Positions 50,438-59,579 of a DNA stretch of 64,000 nucleotides are shown piece after piece; the first letter of the stretch is position 1, and every line of letters begins with the position of its first letter. The notes under the pieces are model-generated. The model had not been told where the DNA came from and searched no databases. It saw only the letters and a program-made list of their open reading frames with translations. The stretch is taken from the NCBI GenBank assembly GCA_003574845.1, contig NDHY01000002.1, positions 16,317-80,316 of the forward strand, given 5' to 3'. The translations under genes were made by a program, and so were the position numbers. The DNA is from a candidate division NPL-UPA2 bacterium Unc8. GTDB taxonomy: Bacteria > NPL-UPA2.

Positions 50438-50502
50438 GCTGTAGTTACGCTAATCCGCTGACAATTATATCTGACAGAGAAAGGAAGATAGGTATTGCAA
50501 AG
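50438..50502 (+). repeat. 65-bp direct repeat, right copy; immediately upstream of the methyltransferase RBS/ATG
   Basis: 64/65 identical to 49345..49409. Confidence 0.9.
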
Positions 50503-50514
50503 AAGGAAAGGCTT

Positions 50515-51036
50515 ATGGCTACATTGGCATTATTAGAGGGAAAAACCTTAGATGTGGGCTGCGGGAAGAACGAGTTAATTAATATCTATAGACAACAAGG
50601 GGGAAATGGGATAGGGGTTGATATCTTTCCATTTGAAGGCGTTGACCAGGTCCTTGACACTGCAAACCTGCCATTTAGAGACGAGGAGTTTGATACTGTT
50701 ACTATGATTGCCTGCCTTAATCATATTCCTATCAGGAAAAGAGATAAAGTTTTATCTGAGGCTAACAGGGTTTTAAGTAAGAGAGGAAGATTGATATTGA
50801 CAATGGTCGGTGGTTTCTCCGGCTGGCTCTGCCACAAGCTCTGTCTGCAAGATTTTGACCAGGATGAACGAGGAATGGACCTCCAGGAAGAACATTATGG
50901 GTTGCCGAGGAAATATGTTATTGAAATAGCAAGTAAAAATGGATTTACAATGGTCCACCACAGACGATTCTGTTATGGTTTAAATAATTTATTTATCTTT
51001 AAAAAAAATCTTAATAAGAAGTCGTCCAGAACGTGA
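50515..51036 (+). CDS. Class I SAM-dependent methyltransferase (Methyltransf_11-like)
   Basis: Start at MATLALLEG after an AAGGAAAGG RBS. LDVGCGKNE is motif I (GxGxG). Confidence 0.7.
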   Translation: MATLALLEGKTLDVGCGKNELINIYRQQGGNGIGVDIFPFEGVDQVLDTANLPFRDEEFDTVTMIACLNHIPIRKRDKVLSEANRVLSKRGRLILTMVGGFSGWLCHKLCLQDFDQDERGMDLQEEHYGLPRKYVIEIASKNGFTMVHHRRFCYGLNNLFIFKKNLNKKSSRT

Positions 51037-51081
51037 TGCCCTTATCTATAAGAGATTACGAAAGAACAGGTTTCATAAAAA

Positions 51082-52449
51082 ATGAAGTATAAGAATATTA
51101 AGAATGCCTTGTGTATCTATCCCTACAGAATAGAACTTGGTAGACAGGGATGGGGATTCTGCCCTCCGTTAGGGTTAGAGTGCATCGCTGCCTCTATAAA
51201 AGAAATAGTAAGTAAAATAACAATCGTTGATATGAGATTTGAAGATACCGTCGCAGAATTTATCAATGATGAAATTGACCTTGTTTGCATCAGTAAGAAT
51301 TGGGATTTTGAAGAGGACCTTTTCTGTGAGATTTTGAGTAAGATTCCCGAGTATATCATGACTATTGTTGGAGGAAGAAATGCCACGGAAAATGTCATTG
51401 AGTTATTTAATAATCATACAAATATAGATGTAATTATAAGGGGAGATGGCGAAGAGACAATCAGGGAATTATTTGAGAGTGGCTCACCTCGCAACATAGG
51501 AGGGCTCTCTTACCGAGAAAACGGAAAAATTATTCACAATCAGAACAGATTATCTTCCTCAATTAGTGATACAATTTATCCAGACAGGAAGCTACGTCGT
51601 TATAAATATAAAATTAAGGGAATTGGGACAGAGTTTGACACCATCTCTGGTTCTCGGGGATGCCCCTTCAACTGTAAATTCTGCACCTTAAAGCTAAATC
51701 CCTATGGGACGAGGAGAGAATGGTCGGGACGCAGCCCGGAATCTGTAGTAACAGAAATAAAAACTATTAATGCAGACTTAATCGGTTTTACTGATGAAAA
51801 TCTCACCCATGACATGGATAGGATGGGTAAGATCTGTGACCTGATATTGAAAGAAAAGATAAAAAAGAAGTTTATTGCCAACGCAAGAATAGACATTGCC
51901 AGACGACCTGATGTGCTTTTCAAGATGTATAGGGCGGGATTCAGAGTTCTCTTATTGGGGATTGAGTCAACTTGCGATGAGACATTGAGATTCTTGAACA
52001 AGGGATTCACTACATCTCAGATTAAAGAAGCTTTCCGAACTCTAAGAAAATTTGGCATTTTCTACCATGGTTATTTCATTATCGGAAACATTGGCGAGGA
52101 TGAAAAAGACATGCTCCGCATTTCAGAATTTGCCAGGGAGATAGGATTGGATTCAATAGCTTTGTGTCGACTGAGAGTTGACAAATACTCACCATTGCGT
52201 GAGACAATTAAAGAAAGAAATGGCTATCACATTGGAGAGGATACCAGGGTTTATTCAGATAGATACAGCGTAGAAAAATTAGGAAAGATTACCAGCCAGA
52301 TTAACTACCGCTTTTATAGTTTTTTTCATATATTAAAAATCTCAAGAAAATTAATCGCCGGAAGAATAGTTACGGCAAACACAATTTGTCGTCTGGTATG
52401 GCATTCTATTGCATCTGCTGGTAAGCGACGCTTAAGGCGACGGCTGTAG
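51082..52449 (+). CDS. B12-binding-domain radical SAM protein
   Basis: 455 aa. N-terminal cobalamin-binding-like domain and a radical SAM CxxxCxxC motif (GCPFNCKFC). Confidence 0.85.
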   Translation: MKYKNIKNALCIYPYRIELGRQGWGFCPPLGLECIAASIKEIVSKITIVDMRFEDTVAEFINDEIDLVCISKNWDFEEDLFCEILSKIPEYIMTIVGGRNATENVIELFNNHTNIDVIIRGDGEETIRELFESGSPRNIGGLSYRENGKIIHNQNRLSSSISDTIYPDRKLRRYKYKIKGIGTEFDTISGSRGCPFNCKFCTLKLNPYGTRREWSGRSPESVVTEIKTINADLIGFTDENLTHDMDRMGKICDLILKEKIKKKFIANARIDIARRPDVLFKMYRAGFRVLLLGIESTCDETLRFLNKGFTTSQIKEAFRTLRKFGIFYHGYFIIGNIGEDEKDMLRISEFAREIGLDSIALCRLRVDKYSPLRETIKERNGYHIGEDTRVYSDRYSVEKLGKITSQINYRFYSFFHILKISRKLIAGRIVTANTICRLVWHSIASAGKRRLRRRL

Positions 52450-52469
52450 TGGGTTACGCACATCACTAA

Positions 52470-53759
52470 TTATTTTTTAAATGGATATTTAAGGAATATA
52501 ATAAGCCCGATAAAAGTTATGATTCCTGCTATTGGTCCAACTATTATGATTCCAAGTGGCTCTTCTATGGTTTTTCCAAAATGATGCAGAAGTTGAGTAA
52601 GAGCAAACATAGAGATACCAATCGCTATCTTGGTTATTAATCCATTGGCGCCAAAATAGATTGCTTCTCTTCTAAATCCTGTTAAAGTTTCATCGTAGTC
52701 AATCACATCAGCAATTATCGCATTTTGTAAAACCAACAGCCCGGAAACCGGTATTCCGAGCATAGCAACAATAAACAACCCATAATAAAAAGGTGAAAAC
52801 GGCAGTTTCCCAATAGTTGCCAGTAAAAACAAGAAAAAGATAAAAAGACCAAAAACAGTTATATAGACTACTCGCTTACCAAACCTCTTTGCAGAATAAT
52901 TAATCAAAGGAAAGGACAGAGCAGCTACTGCCATCATTATTCCTAATGCATATCCTGCCCACCCTGCAGTCGCCCCCATTAATACCGTTACCATAAAAGG
53001 GACAACCCCAGTCACCATGCCAAACCCTAAGAAGAAAATGCCAGTTGCAGAGACATAATAAAGGAACGGCTTGTTCTTGAAACACTGTGTCAGTGCTTTG
53101 AACGGGGACAAGGTTACTTCCTTTGCGGAAGACCAGGAAGTTTCCCTGATAAATATTACCGGAAAACAAAAACTAACAAGAGTAATGCCCCCCATAACAA
53201 TAGCCATCACTCTGAAGCCAAACTGGTCTATCAGATAACCCGAGCCCAAAAAAGCAATAAAAAGCCCTAAAATACCAAAACTGGCAAGATAGGTTGATAA
53301 GTTTATTCGCTGGCGGTGAGTAGAAGTAATTTCAGGGAGAAGCGCTAAATACGGGGCAACTGTAACAGTAAAGAAAAACCAGAAAAAACCCAATACTACT
53401 GCCAAATATAAAGCATTACCCATTACTTTATCGGCAACAGGTGGATAAAAAAGAAGGGTCCATGCTACAACTAAAAAGGGAGCCCCCAGTGCAATAAATG
53501 GAATTCTTCTCCCAAAACGGCTTCTATGTTTATCACTAAAATATCCGATCAACGGATCGGCAATGGCATCTACGATCCTGCCAAAAAGCATGGCATATCC
53601 TACAAATATGATAGGAGCATAAATTATTCCTTTTCCTTCTGGTGGCGCATAGAAAAAAACTATCCACATTGGAATAAGCTGACTAACGAGCAATGAACCT
53701 AGATTGCCACTACTGTAAGCAAGGCTCTTAAACAAACCCAGATTTTTCTCTTTATCCAT
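52470..53759 (-). CDS. MFS transporter, GPH (glycoside-pentoside-hexuronide:cation symporter) / MFS_2 family
   Basis: 429 aa, 12 predicted transmembrane segments. N-terminus GRIVDAIADPLIGYFSDKHRSRFGRRIPF is the GPH-family signature loop. Confidence 0.75.
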   Translation of the reverse strand: MDKEKNLGLFKSLAYSSGNLGSLLVSQLIPMWIVFFYAPPEGKGIIYAPIIFVGYAMLFGRIVDAIADPLIGYFSDKHRSRFGRRIPFIALGAPFLVVAWTLLFYPPVADKVMGNALYLAVVLGFFWFFFTVTVAPYLALLPEITSTHRQRINLSTYLASFGILGLFIAFLGSGYLIDQFGFRVMAIVMGGITLVSFCFPVIFIRETSWSSAKEVTLSPFKALTQCFKNKPFLYYVSATGIFFLGFGMVTGVVPFMVTVLMGATAGWAGYALGIMMAVAALSFPLINYSAKRFGKRVVYITVFGLFIFFLFLLATIGKLPFSPFYYGLFIVAMLGIPVSGLLVLQNAIIADVIDYDETLTGFRREAIYFGANGLITKIAIGISMFALTQLLHHFGKTIEEPLGIIIVGPIAGIITFIGLIIFLKYPFKK

Positions 53760-53824
53760 TCCCGATTCTCTTCCCGATTCTTCTTTTTTGCTTTTTTCCT
53801 TTCTTGATAGAATTTATTCCACCA

Positions 53825-55423
53825 TTACGTATGACATACCCTGTTTCGTCCTTCATATTTGGCTTTATACAATTGTTTATCTGCTTGAGATATTAAGCTA
53901 TCTTCATCTGTTACTTCTTGAGATGGGAATGTTGCCACACCCAAACTGATAGTTACTTTAAGCGGACTGTCCTGTCCGGGAAAAGGATGTTTTTCCACTA
54001 AAGTGCGCAATCGCTCAGCAGCAACAGCAGCCAGTTCAGTATCAGTATAAGGATATATCACTACGAACTCCTCACCGCCATAGCGTGCCGCTACATCTCC
54101 TGCCCGCAGGCCTTTCTTTAGTAATTCAGCTATCTCCTTCAGTACAATATCTCCCTGAGGATGACCATAGGTATCGTTGACTTTTTTGAAATGGTCTATA
54201 TCAATCATAATTAGAGACAGTAGATAGTCATATCGTCTGGCACGACTTATATCTTCAGTTAACTTTGTCCCGAAATGACGACGATTAAACAGCCCGGTTA
54301 GTCCATCAGTTATGGAAAGAAGTTCAATTTTTTCATATAACTGAGCACTTTCCAGTACTGCAGCAATCTGATGAGTCAGAGTTTCCAGAGTACGTATCAT
54401 AGAGGGCTCTGGCTGACCAACTGTATCCGTTCCCACTGCAACCACTCCTTCAAGTTTATCCTTGACTATCAGTGGACTAAAAAGGTGAACGCTGTAGCGG
54501 TCTTTTCTTCTGAGGATCTTCTTCTGCAAAAAGTTCTTTTTATTTGATAAGGGACGGATAGCTAATTGAGGATTTTTCTCCTGAATCACCTTGTTGAGCG
54601 CTTTCTCATCTACCTGCCAGTCGGTTCTGTCCTCATTAGAAGGATAGGTCTTTTCCTGAAGCTTTCCACCCATAGCAAGAAAAAGCTTTAATCTGGAATA
54701 TCCAAGTTTATTAGCAATACCCTCCAGCATTGAGTTTAATATCTCATCTATTTTCAGAAAGCCAGAAACCTTCGTGCCTATCTCGTACAGAGCAAGGAGG
54801 TCCACATTGAGCTTCTCAAGTTCCTTCTCTTTTATCTTTATCTTGCTGGCTACCTGGCCGGTAGAATATGTGATTAAACTCAGAAACCCCGACAATGCAA
54901 CAATGCTCATCACAATGTGAGGAACACTCTGAAAAATAGGTAAATCTCCTACCATTATTTCCGGCCCAAGATAGGGAATTACCTCAAAGTATGTCCACCC
55001 AAGAAGGGTACTGTAAAGCATTATTGACAACATACTCATTATTACGCTCAGCCTGTAATTAGCATGAAGAGCGGTCCCGGAGGCTTGAAGTATATAGCCA
55101 ATGATGATTGGACTGAGCAATCCACCTGTGAGGTAGATTATGATGGTTAAGACAATAATATCTATCGTAATGATAATATTGGTAACGAGGTCAAGATGCA
55201 ATCCTTTTCTGAAAAAGTAATATGCCCCACAGTTAGCTAAAAGATACAGGAGAATTACTACAGAAGCCACCCGCGGATAAAAGAGCAGACCAAAGTAAAA
55301 GAATAGAACTATCGCAAAAAGTGTCAGGAAAGTTGCTACAAAGCGGAATATTGCAGCCCAGACGAGCTTCTGTTGTTTTTCAGCAAATTCTATGTCCATC
55401 GCTTTATCCATCGTCTTCCCCAT
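53825..55423 (-). CDS. Membrane-anchored diguanylate cyclase (multi-TM sensor + GAF-like + GGDEF)
   Basis: GGDEF domain with RYGGEEFVVIY. Five to six N-terminal transmembrane helices. First ATG (MGKTMD) is preceded by GGAGGTG. Confidence 0.85.
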   Translation of the reverse strand: MGKTMDKAMDIEFAEKQQKLVWAAIFRFVATFLTLFAIVLFFYFGLLFYPRVASVVILLYLLANCGAYYFFRKGLHLDLVTNIIITIDIIVLTIIIYLTGGLLSPIIIGYILQASGTALHANYRLSVIMSMLSIMLYSTLLGWTYFEVIPYLGPEIMVGDLPIFQSVPHIVMSIVALSGFLSLITYSTGQVASKIKIKEKELEKLNVDLLALYEIGTKVSGFLKIDEILNSMLEGIANKLGYSRLKLFLAMGGKLQEKTYPSNEDRTDWQVDEKALNKVIQEKNPQLAIRPLSNKKNFLQKKILRRKDRYSVHLFSPLIVKDKLEGVVAVGTDTVGQPEPSMIRTLETLTHQIAAVLESAQLYEKIELLSITDGLTGLFNRRHFGTKLTEDISRARRYDYLLSLIMIDIDHFKKVNDTYGHPQGDIVLKEIAELLKKGLRAGDVAARYGGEEFVVIYPYTDTELAAVAAERLRTLVEKHPFPGQDSPLKVTISLGVATFPSQEVTDEDSLISQADKQLYKAKYEGRNRVCHT

Positions 55424-55439
55424 CTTATTAATCACCTCC

Positions 55440-55570
55440 TCTCTACTCTCTACTTACCACTTACCACTTACGACTTACGACTTAATTCTTTGTGCCTTTG
55501 TGCCTTTGTGCCTTTGTGCCTCTCTCTACTCTCTACTTACCACTTACTACTTACTACCTACTATCTACTC
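55440..55570. repeat. Modular dispersed repeat, copies 3 and 4 in tandem: [TCTCTACTCTCTAC-(TTACCAC/TTACGAC)n-TTAATTCTTTGTGCC(TTTGTGCC)3][CTCTCTACTCTCTAC-(TTACTAC)n], abutting the GGDEF gene RBS
   Basis: Direct reading. Reverse complement of motif blocks in 46719-46935. Same flanks as 10307-10365. Confidence 0.85.
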
Positions 55571-55681
55571 ATTTTACCTCTATTCATACCAGCTAAGTCA
55601 GTTGGTGTCAAACTTTTATGAAGCGAGAATCACTTAATTGTGATATAAATAAAAAAGCATTCAGTATTTGACCGGGGTTTA

Positions 55682-56440
55682 ATGCATAATATTAAGTTGA
55701 TAATTGAATATGATGGAACGGATTATCACGGCTGGCAGCTTCAGACAGAGTTACCCACAGTACAAGGAGAGTTGGAAAAGGCACTGAAGAGCATTCTCCA
55801 GGAAAAAGTAAAACTTATCTCAGCCAGCAGAACAGATGCCGGCGTTCATGCCAGAGGACAGGTCGCCAACTTCAAAACCAGGACCACCATTCCCACCAAT
55901 GGCTTAATGTCAGGACTTAACAGTGCTCTTCCTTGCAGTATAGCAATAAAGAGTTGTGTAAGAGTGAAGAGCTCTTTTCAGGCGCGCCGCTCGGCAAAGC
56001 AAAAACTATACCGCTACACAATTTTAAATAGTCCTTGCCCTTCACCACTACTGAGGAATTATGCCTATTTCTTCCCGCGTCATCTTGACTTAATAAAGAT
56101 GAGAGAAGGAGCAATAATACTCACTGGAAGGCACAATTTTTCCTCATTTTGTGCCTCTGCCGAGACAAGAGAGAAACGAATATGCCACCTATTGAGCCTT
56201 CAGGTAAAAAGAAGAGGAGCCCTTATTTATATTGACATAGAAGCCGATTATTTTCTCCACAATATGGCACGAATCGTTAGTGGAACGCTCCTTGACATTG
56301 GCAGAGGAAAAATTTCTCCTCAGGAACTACAGAAGATACTGCTCGCTCGTGACCGCCGTCAGGCCGGGCCTACCCTGCCACCACACGGTCTCTGCCTGAT
56401 AAAAGTAAAATATCCCTCACTTCGTTCGGGAAAGGCCTGA
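55682..56440 (+). CDS. truA: tRNA pseudouridine(38-40) synthase
   Basis: 252 aa beginning MHNIKLIIEYDGTDYHGWQLQ, with the RTDAGVHA catalytic motif. Confidence 0.9.
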   Translation: MHNIKLIIEYDGTDYHGWQLQTELPTVQGELEKALKSILQEKVKLISASRTDAGVHARGQVANFKTRTTIPTNGLMSGLNSALPCSIAIKSCVRVKSSFQARRSAKQKLYRYTILNSPCPSPLLRNYAYFFPRHLDLIKMREGAIILTGRHNFSSFCASAETREKRICHLLSLQVKRRGALIYIDIEADYFLHNMARIVSGTLLDIGRGKISPQELQKILLARDRRQAGPTLPPHGLCLIKVKYPSLRSGKA

Positions 56441-56452
56441 GGGTGAAAGGTA

Positions 56453-58024
56453 TCAAGCTACTTCTTTAAGACTCAGCCCGATCTTTCTCTCTTCCAGGCT
56501 CACCTTCAAAACTCTGGTTTTTATCACATTGCCAACGGAAACTGCATTAGAAGATGAGACGTTCTCAGCAGGCAGTTCTGAATTATGAGCTAATCCCTCA
56601 ATACCATCCTCCAGTTTAATGAATATCCCAAAGTCAGTGATTTTGGTAACCTCCCCCGAGACAACATCGTCTATCTTATATCTTTCATCAACGGTCAGCC
56701 ACGGGTCAGGAGTAAGCTGCTTCAGTCCAAGAGAAATCTTCTTTCGTTCAGAGCTAACTTCAAGCACTATAGCCTTTACATTCTTGCCCTTTTCTACAAT
56801 CTCAGATGGATGCTGTATCTTTTTACTCCAGGAAAGATCCGAGATATGAATCAGCCCATCAAGTCCTCCCTCAAGTTCAATAAAGGCTCCATAATCTGTA
56901 AGATTGCGAATTTTCCCTTCAAGTATAGTTCCTACTGGATACTTCTCCTCTATGGTTTTCCATGGGTTAGATTCTAATTGCTTTATCCCCAGAGAGATTT
57001 TTTTCTCTTCTTTATTGATGTTTAAAATCACAACAGCCACTGTCTCTTCCATTGCCAGTGTTTCTGAAGGATGATTGATCCGTTTTGTCCAGGACATCTC
57101 TGATATATGTAGTAGCCCCTCTATTCCCTCCTCAAGCTTAATAAAACTTCCATATGGAGTAATGTTGACAACCTTGCCCTTTGCTGTTGATCCGATAGGG
57201 TATTTCCCCTCTATCTTGTCCCATGGATCCTCCGTCTTTTGTTTCAACCCCAAGGAGACCCTCTTTTTTTCTTTGTCAAAGTCAAGAACTACTACTTCTA
57301 TTTCATCTCCAACGGCAACTATTTCTGATGGGTGAGAAGTACGATCCCATGACATGTCTGTTATATGTAAGAGCCCATCAAGTCCTCCCAGATCAATAAA
57401 AGCACCAAAGTTAGTAATGCCTCTTACCTTGCCGCGACGCAGTTGACCCACCTCCAACTCAGCAAGGAGCTTATCCCTTGCTTTTCTCTCTGTCTCTTCC
57501 TTAACTATCCTGGAAGAAACAATGACATTTCGCTGAGCCCTGTTAAGATTGATAATCTTAAATGAAAGTTCCTTTCCAACGAGCCGGTTGAGATCTGATG
57601 ATGGACGGGATTGCACCTGGGAAGACGGAAGAAATGCTTCAACTCCAATATCTACATTAAACCCTCCTTTAATTTGCCTACTCACGGTCCCTTTAACAAC
57701 CTCGCCTTTTTCAAAAGATTGAGTTACATGCTCCCATCCTTCAAGCTGGTCAGCCTTCCACTTTGAAAGAATGACACAACCGTTCTGGTCCTCTATTTTC
57801 TCAATTAAAACGTTGACCTCGTCCCCAACTTTTATCTCCGGCTTATTGCCAAATTCTCTGATGGGAACAGCTCCTTCTGATTTGAAACCGATATCAATAA
57901 GAACATCCGCACTGCTTATTTTGACCACTTTTCCTTTAAGAATTTCTCCTTCAGCAATACTTCCGAGCGTCTTTTCATAAAGACTTGCCATTTCTACTTT
58001 ATCCAATTTAACCTCTTCCACCAT
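56453..58024 (-). CDS. rpsA: 30S ribosomal protein S1 (multiple S1 domains)
   Basis: 523 aa. Repeated S1-domain pattern (G.V..I..FGAFI.L...GL.HISE.SW). Confidence 0.9.
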   Translation of the reverse strand: MVEEVKLDKVEMASLYEKTLGSIAEGEILKGKVVKISSADVLIDIGFKSEGAVPIREFGNKPEIKVGDEVNVLIEKIEDQNGCVILSKWKADQLEGWEHVTQSFEKGEVVKGTVSRQIKGGFNVDIGVEAFLPSSQVQSRPSSDLNRLVGKELSFKIINLNRAQRNVIVSSRIVKEETERKARDKLLAELEVGQLRRGKVRGITNFGAFIDLGGLDGLLHITDMSWDRTSHPSEIVAVGDEIEVVVLDFDKEKKRVSLGLKQKTEDPWDKIEGKYPIGSTAKGKVVNITPYGSFIKLEEGIEGLLHISEMSWTKRINHPSETLAMEETVAVVILNINKEEKKISLGIKQLESNPWKTIEEKYPVGTILEGKIRNLTDYGAFIELEGGLDGLIHISDLSWSKKIQHPSEIVEKGKNVKAIVLEVSSERKKISLGLKQLTPDPWLTVDERYKIDDVVSGEVTKITDFGIFIKLEDGIEGLAHNSELPAENVSSSNAVSVGNVIKTRVLKVSLEERKIGLSLKEVA

Positions 58025-58049
58025 GATAAAAAAATCTTTCTCTTCTTAT

Positions 58050-58874
58050 TCAGTGTCTTAATTTATCTAAGACCTCTTCAATTATCCAGTCGGGGGTTGA
58101 CGCTCCTGCGCTTACCCCTATTCTTTTCTTTCCATTAAGCCAATTATACTCAATCTCAGCAGCTTCTTCTATCTGATAGGTTTGGCAGCCTGTTTCCTGG
58201 CTAATCCGGGAAAGTCTTTGCGTGTTGGCGCTCTCCAATCCACCGACAACGAACATAAGATCAGCTTTCCGAGATAGTGCGGCAGTCTCCTCCTGCCGAG
58301 ATTGCATTGCCTCACATATCGTATTAAAAGCCCTTACCTCTTCGGCTATTGCTACTGCCCTGCTAACAACTCTGCAAAAATTATCTACCGACTGTGTCGT
58401 CTGAGAGAGAATGCCAAGTTTTTTTTCTCCTATCTTCCTCAGTCCTTCCGGACTTTTAACCACCCTTGCGCCCTTACCGGCAAATCCAAGAATAGATTTT
58501 ACTTCATAATGATTGCGATCTCCAACAATAATAACTACATAGCCATCACTATGGAGGAGTTGTGCCACGTTCTGCGCTCTTTTCACGATTGGACAAGTGG
58601 CATCAATCACGTTTAACCGTCTCTTCTGCGCCTGCAGAATAACAGATGGAGGCACACCGTGGGAGCGAATAATAACTGTTCCCTTATTAATCTGATCCAG
58701 GCGATGCACTACCTCTACTCCTTCTTGATGCAGTCTCTCTATCACCTGCGAATTATGGATAATGGGTCCCAGGGAGTAAACTTTCCCATTTTCCCTTGCT
58801 GCTTGTGAGGCGAGTTCAACTGCCCTTTTCACACCAGAGCAGAACCCTGCATGAGGAATAAGCATAATCTCCAT
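58050..58874 (-). CDS. ispH: 4-hydroxy-3-methylbut-2-enyl diphosphate reductase
   Basis: 274 aa. N-terminus GFCSGVKRAVE and conserved Cys ligands. Confidence 0.9.
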   Translation of the reverse strand: MEIMLIPHAGFCSGVKRAVELASQAARENGKVYSLGPIIHNSQVIERLHQEGVEVVHRLDQINKGTVIIRSHGVPPSVILQAQKRRLNVIDATCPIVKRAQNVAQLLHSDGYVVIIVGDRNHYEVKSILGFAGKGARVVKSPEGLRKIGEKKLGILSQTTQSVDNFCRVVSRAVAIAEEVRAFNTICEAMQSRQEETAALSRKADLMFVVGGLESANTQRLSRISQETGCQTYQIEEAAEIEYNWLNGKKRIGVSAGASTPDWIIEEVLDKLRH

Positions 58875-58913
58875 TTTCGTATCATATCATTCATTACTTG
58901 ATACGTCATCATT

Positions 58914-59579
58914 TTAACGACTAACATTTTCAAGCACTGCTTTTACTACCTCTTTAATGCTCATCATAGTAGTATCAATAATAGTGGCTCCCTGAGCTAT
59001 CTTCAAAGGAGCAATTTTTCTTCCCCTATCCAAGCTATTTCTGAGATGCATCTCATCAGCAATTTCTCCTAATACTACTTTATGCCCTTTGGCAACTAAT
59101 TCTTCGTAGCGCCGCTGTGCTCTTTCTTCAAGTGAGGCATCTAAATAAAATTTATAATCAGCGTCAGGAAAGACCACTGTCCCAATATCTCTTCCCTCAG
59201 CAACAACTCCACTATTTCTACCCATCTCTCTTTGTAGGTTTGTCATTAGCTCTCTCACACCAGATAAAGCAGCAAGGTATGAAACATTTCTGGTTACTTC
59301 AGGTGTCCTGATCTTTTCACTAACATCCTTACCATCAAGATAAACGTTTGACCCACGACGGTCACCCCTAAACCAAATCCTTGCTCCATTAGCAAGCCTG
59401 ACCAGTGCTGCTTCATCTTCAAAGTTAACTCCATCCTGCATTGCCTTATATGTAATGGCGCGGTAGATAGCACCTGTATCAATATAAGTGTAATTTAGTT
59501 TCTGTGCCACCAGCCGCGCAATTGTGCTTTTCCCGGAGCCAGATGGCCCATCAATGGCAATAACTAATTTCTTATTCAC
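58914..59579 (-). CDS. cmk: Cytidylate kinase
   Basis: 221 aa with P-loop IAIDGPSGSGKST. Confidence 0.9.
   Translation of the reverse strand: MNKKLVIAIDGPSGSGKSTIARLVAQKLNYTYIDTGAIYRAITYKAMQDGVNFEDEAALVRLANGARIWFRGDRRGSNVYLDGKDVSEKIRTPEVTRNVSYLAALSGVRELMTNLQREMGRNSGVVAEGRDIGTVVFPDADYKFYLDASLEERAQRRYEELVAKGHKVVLGEIADEMHLRNSLDRGRKIAPLKIAQGATIIDTTMMSIKEVVKAVLENVSR

Noticed and set aside
46719-55570. Inverted copies of the modular repeat (46719-46935 versus 55440-55570) as the ends of an ~9-kb composite transposon containing ilvD through the GGDEF gene
   Set aside because: The same repeat family also occurs at unrelated sites (10307, 4874, 1796). ilvD is a core gene, and the repeats are low-complexity. 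The flanking orientation is more likely coincidental to a dispersed element family. It is noted under the repeat-family finding rather than called a transposon.
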